This document shows positions 59,331-64,000 of a stretch of DNA of 64,000 nt, in pieces. The notes beneath the pieces are model-generated. The model ran no database searches. It was not told the DNA's origin and worked only from the letters and a program-made list of their open reading frames with translations. Both the position numbers and the translations under genes were made by a program. The stretch comes from an uncultured Micromonosporaceae bacterium (lineage in GTDB: Bacteria > Actinomycetota > Actinomycetes > Mycobacteriales > Micromonosporaceae): assembly GCA_964438855.1 (NCBI GenBank), contig CAYTMR010000001.1, positions 24,343 through 88,342 of the forward strand, given 5' to 3'. Numbering within the stretch: position 1 is the stretch's first letter; each line of letters opens with the position of its first letter.

Positions 59331-59943
59331 GGGCGGGGCGGGTCACCTCGTCCACCAGGCCGTACTCTTTGGCTTCGGTCACGTCCAGCCACCGACCGGT
59401 GTGGAAGTCCTCCTCCACGCGGTGCCGTGGTTGCCCGGTCGCTCGCGCCACCCGGACCACCAGGTCCTCCAACGCTTGCAGGTGTCGGCCAGCGGCAGAG
59501 GTAGCGGCCTCCGCGTTACCGGAGATCCCCGGTGTGCGCGGTTCAGCCATCCGGAACCGGGCGTGCGGGTAGGCCACCCGGTGCCGCGCCACCGCGTACG
59601 CCCCGATCGCCGCTCCCCCCACCTCGGCGGTGGCCAGCGCGTGCACCGGCGCGTGCATGGTGTCGATCGCGTCGATCAAGGTCAGCACCGCGTCCAGGTC
59701 ACCGTCGCTGGCGGCCAAATGCAACCGGACCGGCTCGTTGCTCATCGCGTCCAAGGTCAGCAGGCTGGCCGAGGCGGTGGCGGCGGCGTGCGGGGTGAGC
59801 GGCCCACGCAGAAACACGATCCGCCGCTCGAACAGCTTCTCCTCCAGCCAGGGAGGTAACCCGGGATCAGGCGGCTCGATGTCGACCCCACCCGGCGGAT
59901 TCCCCCAGGGCAGTCGGACGGGATAGCCGGTCGACGCCATCAT
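59314..59943 (-). CDS. ClpP-like protein lacking the catalytic triad
   Basis: LFERRIVFLRGPL, LLTLD, EAKEYGLVDEV; Ser/His/Asp positions are Gly/Ala/Gly. Confidence 0.82.
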   Translation of the reverse strand: MMASTGYPVRLPWGNPPGGVDIEPPDPGLPPWLEEKLFERRIVFLRGPLTPHAAATASASLLTLDAMSNEPVRLHLAASDGDLDAVLTLIDAIDTMHAPVHALATAEVGGAAIGAYAVARHRVAYPHARFRMAEPRTPGISGNAEAATSAAGRHLQALEDLVVRVARATGQPRHRVEEDFHTGRWLDVTEAKEYGLVDEVTRPAPESSS

Positions 59944-60119
59944 GATCACCCACTTCCGGGCGGCCGCCCGCGGCCCGCGACGGTCGCACCCGCCGGTCGA
60001 CACGCCAGGCGTCGACCTCGACGACCTGCCCCTCTATCTCGAACGATATCCCGGCTAGCGGAGGGAGTCAGCTCACCTGCGCGATAGCCGCGCCGGTTCG
60101 GGCACCGGCTGCCGCGCGG

Positions 60120-60446
60120 TCACGCCGTGTCCGGGGCGGTCAGACCGAACCGTTCCCGTTCCGCCGGGGGCACCAGATCCAGGTGTTGTGCGGCCTCCCG
60201 GGCCACCACGCTCCGCACGTACGGGCAGTAGGGCAGCACCGACAACCCTCGGCGCCGCACGTCGGCCAACACCCCGGCGACCAGTTCTCGGCCCCGGCCC
60301 CCGCCGCGGTGGGAGGGATCAATGTTGGTGTGGGTCAGCGCGATCTGGTGGTCCTGCCGCTGATAGGTGACAAACCCTAGGAGGGTGCCCGCTTCGACCA
60401 ACTCGTATCGGCTCTCTTCCGGGTTGTCACGTATGGTCGCGGTCAT
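60120..60446 (-). CDS. GNAT N-acetyltransferase (Acetyltransf_CG type)
   Basis: DNPEESRYEL, HTNIDP..RGGGRG, VLPYCPYV. Confidence 0.88.
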   Translation of the reverse strand: MTATIRDNPEESRYELVEAGTLLGFVTYQRQDHQIALTHTNIDPSHRGGGRGRELVAGVLADVRRRGLSVLPYCPYVRSVVAREAAQHLDLVPPAERERFGLTAPDTA

Positions 60447-60557
60447 CCTGTCCTCCCCTGCCGACGTCCAGTCAGTCGTTTCACCCGACGGCCCTTCGGG
60501 TAAACGCCAAGGCAGCAGCTCCGATACCCGCCGCTGCTGGTAGGGGAGGGATCGGCG

Positions 60558-61295
60558 ATGATGACGATCCGGCACGCTGAAGAAATCTTTGAAGAAGACG
60601 CCGGTTGGTTCCACTCCAGGTGGCACTTTTCCTTCGACCGGTACCACGACCCGGAGCAGATGGGTGTCGGGCCGTTGCGGGTGTTCAATGACGACCGGAT
60701 CGTGGAAGGTGCAGAGTGGCCGATGCACCCCCACCGGGACGTTCAGTCCCTGACCTATGTGGTGGAGGGACACTTCGCGCACGCCGACTCCTTGGGCCAT
60801 AACGGCACCCTGGAGCCGGGCGCCGCCCAGGTGATGACTTTCAGCCACCGGGGTGCGATGCACTCGGAGCGCAACGCTTCCAAGACCGAACCGATGCGGT
60901 TCATTCAGTTCTGGATCCTCCCCAGTGAGCCGGGGCTGCCGTCCGGAGTACAGCAGCACCAGTACGCCGAGGCGGACCGGACCAACCGCTGGTTGCAGAT
61001 CATGGGTCCGCCGCAAGAAGAGGGGTTGAACCTGGCCCAGGACGCCCGGGTGCGGGTGTCGCGGCTGTTGGCGGACCGGACCCTGAGCCACGAGTTCGGT
61101 GAGGGGCGGGGCGGCTACGTGTACGTGATCGACGGACTGGCGAGGTTCGATGACCAGCAGGTCGCGATCGGGGACGCTGCCAAGATCGAACATAGCCACC
61201 TGTTGACGGTGACGGCGGATACCGACACGGAGCTGATACTGGTGGATGTGCCGCTGGCATACACCCCGGTGGGGGTGTGGGCCGAGCCGGACTGA
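60558..61295 (+). CDS. Pirin family protein
   Basis: FSFDRYHDP, LRVFNDD, HPHRD, HADSLG, HSERN, QFWILP. Confidence 0.92.
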   Translation: MMTIRHAEEIFEEDAGWFHSRWHFSFDRYHDPEQMGVGPLRVFNDDRIVEGAEWPMHPHRDVQSLTYVVEGHFAHADSLGHNGTLEPGAAQVMTFSHRGAMHSERNASKTEPMRFIQFWILPSEPGLPSGVQQHQYAEADRTNRWLQIMGPPQEEGLNLAQDARVRVSRLLADRTLSHEFGEGRGGYVYVIDGLARFDDQQVAIGDAAKIEHSHLLTVTADTDTELILVDVPLAYTPVGVWAEPD

Positions 61296-61324
61296 CCGCC
61301 CGGGCGGCAGGGGCCGGGGCGACG

Positions 61325-61561
61325 TCACGGCTGATCTCCGGCTTCCGCCCGCGGCACCGGATGCTCCACCAGGGCAAGCACCCGACTAGCCATGAACCGG
61401 GCGGTCCGGACCACCCGGCCACTCCGGGTCACTTCCGCCACTTCTACCACTCCTCGCCCGATGGTGGTCTCCACGCGCCGCCCTGCCCTGGTCGCGGCCA
61501 ACTCGTACCGCAGGGACGAGCCACCGGCGTCGACCACGATCTCCACCCGGTCACCCTTCAC
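61325..61561 (-). CDS. Hypothetical protein (78 aa)
   Basis: GAGGAGG RBS, typical codon usage, beta-rich sequence. Confidence 0.7.
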   Translation of the reverse strand: MKGDRVEIVVDAGGSSLRYELAATRAGRRVETTIGRGVVEVAEVTRSGRVVRTARFMASRVLALVEHPVPRAEAGDQP

Positions 61562-61731
61562 CGCGCCTCCTCGCCTTCAGGCTCCTTCGGCCAATACCCC
61601 GACGGCTCGGCCCACATTCCGGGGACAGAAACATCCCCGTGTAACCGGCTCAGGCCCCGGGTAGTCAACAGGAAGAGCATCGGTCGGTCACTGCGGACGC
61701 GGGGGCCGGCAACGAGCGACGGAGCGAGGTC

Positions 61732-61944
61732 ATGAAAACGATCACCGTTCACTTACACGGCGGCCCGCTGGACGGGACGACTCAGCCGGCCCCGGTGGGC
61801 GAGGACGGCAACCCACCGGAGTGGACTGATTTCGACTTCGAGTGGGCGGGCGATTGGTACGCCCAGTATCGGCGGGCCCATCGCGGAGAAGACGGCTGGC
61901 ACTTCCAGGCCACCGGGATCGAGAAGAAGGCCGACGAGGAGTAA
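61732..61944 (+). CDS. Hypothetical protein (70 aa, LHGGPLDG motif)
   Basis: GAGG RBS; GGPxDG motif common in small actinobacterial proteins; GC hairpin follows the stop. Confidence 0.65.
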   Translation: MKTITVHLHGGPLDGTTQPAPVGEDGNPPEWTDFDFEWAGDWYAQYRRAHRGEDGWHFQATGIEKKADEE

Positions 61945-62276
61945 CCCTGCGGGCCCGGGAGCCGCGCCGCTCCCGGGCCGGCGGTCTGACCGAAACGCAA
62001 CGCACCTGCATTGATCTGTGATCATTGATCCTGAATGCGGCCCGAACAGCTCACGGTTACGCCGGACACAGCGAGCAGTGGATATCCTGACAAATAGCCA
62101 ATTCCAGGATCTGGACTTTGATATTAGGATACTCCTCAGGAAAATGAGCGAATGAGTAATTCATTGGCGATGGCCGCTTAGCGCTCGAATGGGAAACCAA
62201 GGCAGCGGCGGTATGAAAATACTGGCAACATGAATAGGTGACCTCGGCAACTGTGGCGTTCGGGGAGGCGTAGCCG

Positions 62277-63053
62277 GTGGCGTCTCCAACATGCGTCCAC
62301 ATTGAAGTCCTAGGACCGGTTCGCGCCTGGTGGGGCGGTAGTGAGGTGCCGCTGGGCTCACCGCAGCAACGAGGGGTGTTGACACTACTAGCGTTGGCCG
62401 GCGGCCAGCCGGTGATGACTCGGGAGATCGTAGAGGCGTTGTGGGGTGAGCATCCACCCCCGAGCGCCGTCAACGTCGTCCAGACCTACATCAAACGGTT
62501 ACGCCGCATGTTGGAGCCGGACCGGCAGGCGCGCAGCCCCAGCATGCTGCTACCGAGTGTCCCCGGTGGGTACGCCCTGGTCGGCGACCCCGACACCGTA
62601 GACATCTGGCGATACCGCCAACTGGTTCAGCACGCACGCGGCAGCGATGACACCGAGCAGGCGTTGAAGTTGCTGGCCGAGGCGCTACAGCTGTGGCGCG
62701 GCTCTCCCGGTGGCGATCTGCCGGCGCTCACTCATCACCATCGCCTCCAGGAAGCCGTCGAAGAACACGCCACCGTCACAACCTGGTTCGCGGAGATGGC
62801 GCTGTGCGCCGGCCGCGCCGCCATGGCGCTACCGGTAGTGGCGAGGATCGCGGCGACCCGGCCGTTCGACGAGCCGCTGCACGCGCAGTTGTTACGGCTC
62901 TACCACGCACTGGGACGACGCGCGGACGCCGTACAGGTCTATCTCGGTATCCAGCAGCGACTGAACGACCAATTCGGCTTTGACCCTGGCCCGGAACTGA
63001 CCGCCGCCTACCGCGACCTGTTGCGGGACCGACGTCCCGGGGTGTCCAACTGA
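62277..63053 (+). CDS. SARP family (AfsR/DnrI/RedD) transcriptional activator, wHTH + BTAD only
   Basis: EVLGPVRAW, ALWGEHPPPSA..VQTYIKRLRRML, ALQLWRG, RPFDE, GFDPGPEL; GGGGAGG RBS. Confidence 0.92.
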   Translation: MASPTCVHIEVLGPVRAWWGGSEVPLGSPQQRGVLTLLALAGGQPVMTREIVEALWGEHPPPSAVNVVQTYIKRLRRMLEPDRQARSPSMLLPSVPGGYALVGDPDTVDIWRYRQLVQHARGSDDTEQALKLLAEALQLWRGSPGGDLPALTHHHRLQEAVEEHATVTTWFAEMALCAGRAAMALPVVARIAATRPFDEPLHAQLLRLYHALGRRADAVQVYLGIQQRLNDQFGFDPGPELTAAYRDLLRDRRPGVSN

Positions 63054-63109
63054 ACCGCTGGGGCGGCCCGGGACCGGGCCGCGGACCGCCCCAGCCGTCC
63101 TAGGTAAGG

Positions 63110-63250
63110 TCACTCAAGGGTGGTGAGGCAGGTGACGGGGCCACAGGTCTGCATGCTCGTGCACGAGCAGAAGAGACCGGGGGTGTACTGCCTGACCTCA
63201 CTCGGCAGCAGCTCCAGCGCCGCCGGGTCCGATTCCAGCTCAAACGCCAT
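63110..63250 (-). CDS. Lanthipeptide precursor (class IV, ALQxL-like leader), 46 aa
   Basis: Hand translation MAFELESDPAALELLPSEVRQYTPGLFCSCTSMQTCGPVTCLTTLE; GGAGGAGGTGA RBS; directly downstream of the LanC-domain gene; absent from the ORF track. Confidence 0.88.
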   Translation of the reverse strand: MAFELESDPAALELLPSEVRQYTPGLFCSCTSMQTCGPVTCLTTLE

Positions 63251-64000
63251 GTCGATTCACCTCCTCCCGTATGCGCTCGGATGGTTGGTTCGGTACACCT
63301 CGTAGTCCATGGCTGGACCCGAGGGCACCGTCTAGTGAGGAGCTGGATCCGCTGACCGGGGTGTCGACCATGAACCACCGCGTCCCTCCGTGGCGTAGCC
63401 GGATCAGGAACCCCGCCACCCCACCGAGGCCCGTGTTGAAATCCAAATTGATCGTGGGGCCGAGTTCGTCGGCGGGTAGCAACCGGCCGTCCCGCAACAC
63501 GGCACGGGTGTATAGGATCGCCGCCAGCTCCTCGCTCCAGGCACGGTACGGTCCCCCCAGGATGGCGGCCAGGTCGAGCAGAAACTCGCCGTTACCGGCC
63601 GCCCCGTGACAGGCCGACACCCCGGCCAGCCACCTGGTGTGGCGAACCGCTATCGCAGCCTCATGAGCCAACTGTCGGTATCGGGCATCTCCCGTCTCCT
63701 GCCACAGCCGGATCAGAAAGGTACCGATCCCGGAGGCTCCGTTGCACCACACGTACCGCATGTCGTCGTCATGCGGGCCGGAGAGGCTGTCGGGCCAGTA
63801 TGTCCCACGCTTGTCCCGGATGGCACCGGCGACCAGGGTCTCCCCGGCTGCTTCCGCTGCCCGACGACAATCCGACCGTCCCGTGGCCTGGGCAGCGGCG
63901 AGCAGAAAGGCGCCGATTCCGGCCACCCCGTGGGCGAACCCATAGGCGGCCAGACCCGCCAACGCGGAGTCGAACTCCGGGTCAACCCGCCAGAAGATCC
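63240..64000 (-). CDS. Lanthionine synthetase, LanC-like cyclase domain (probably class IV LanL); 5' part off window
   Basis: YGFAHGVAGIG, WCNGASG, SACHGAAG (Zn ligands Cys/Cys/His retained), DFNTGLGG. Confidence 0.88.
   Translation of the reverse strand, partial: IFWRVDPEFDSALAGLAAYGFAHGVAGIGAFLLAAAQATGRSDCRRAAEAAGETLVAGAIRDKRGTYWPDSLSGPHDDDMRYVWCNGASGIGTFLIRLWQETGDARYRQLAHEAAIAVRHTRWLAGVSACHGAAGNGEFLLDLAAILGGPYRAWSEELAAILYTRAVLRDGRLLPADELGPTINLDFNTGLGGVAGFLIRLRHGGTRWFMVDTPVSGSSSSLDGALGSSHGLRGVPNQPSERIREEVNRHGV

Noticed and set aside
62499-62894. Two TTA codons in the SARP gene as bldA-type control
   Set aside because: TTA also occurs in ordinary genes here (e.g. the ECF sigma), and bldA control is established for Streptomyces, which this does not clearly appear to be

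Overview
64 kb of a high-GC actinobacterial chromosome (gene content suggests Micromonosporaceae; inference). There are about 57 CDS and several decayed gene fragments. I see no rRNA, tRNA, CRISPR array or intact transposase/integrase. Left to right: an acyl-CoA catabolic cluster (biotin carboxylase-BCCP, CaiB/AMACR, BioY, thiolase, SDR) with a shared palindromic operator; YciI-ECF sigma pair; a DUF2332 pseudogene; MFS; MgtE; a VapBC-type TA pair; S8 protease with its regulator; RND pump; DeaD; ABC exporter with two-component system; RecD2; D-amino acid oxidase; CatB/Vat acetyltransferase; tricorn protease. The right half is more accessory. (1) A structured non-coding element resembles an orphan IS110 end. 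(2) An Mrr-like nuclease and a DUF4132 gene start a yeh-type operon whose middle appears replaced by a 9.4-kb uncharacterised catabolic island (SDR, CMD, cupin, two Asp/Glu-racemase-fold enzymes, NitT/TauT ABC importer, alpha-hydroxy acid oxidase, MmgE/PrpD). (3) There is a decaying XRE-ImmA/PIN pair and a triad-less ClpP. (4) The right edge holds a class IV-type lanthipeptide cluster whose 46-aa precursor is missing from the ORF track. Family calls come from motif recognition only; no database search was run.
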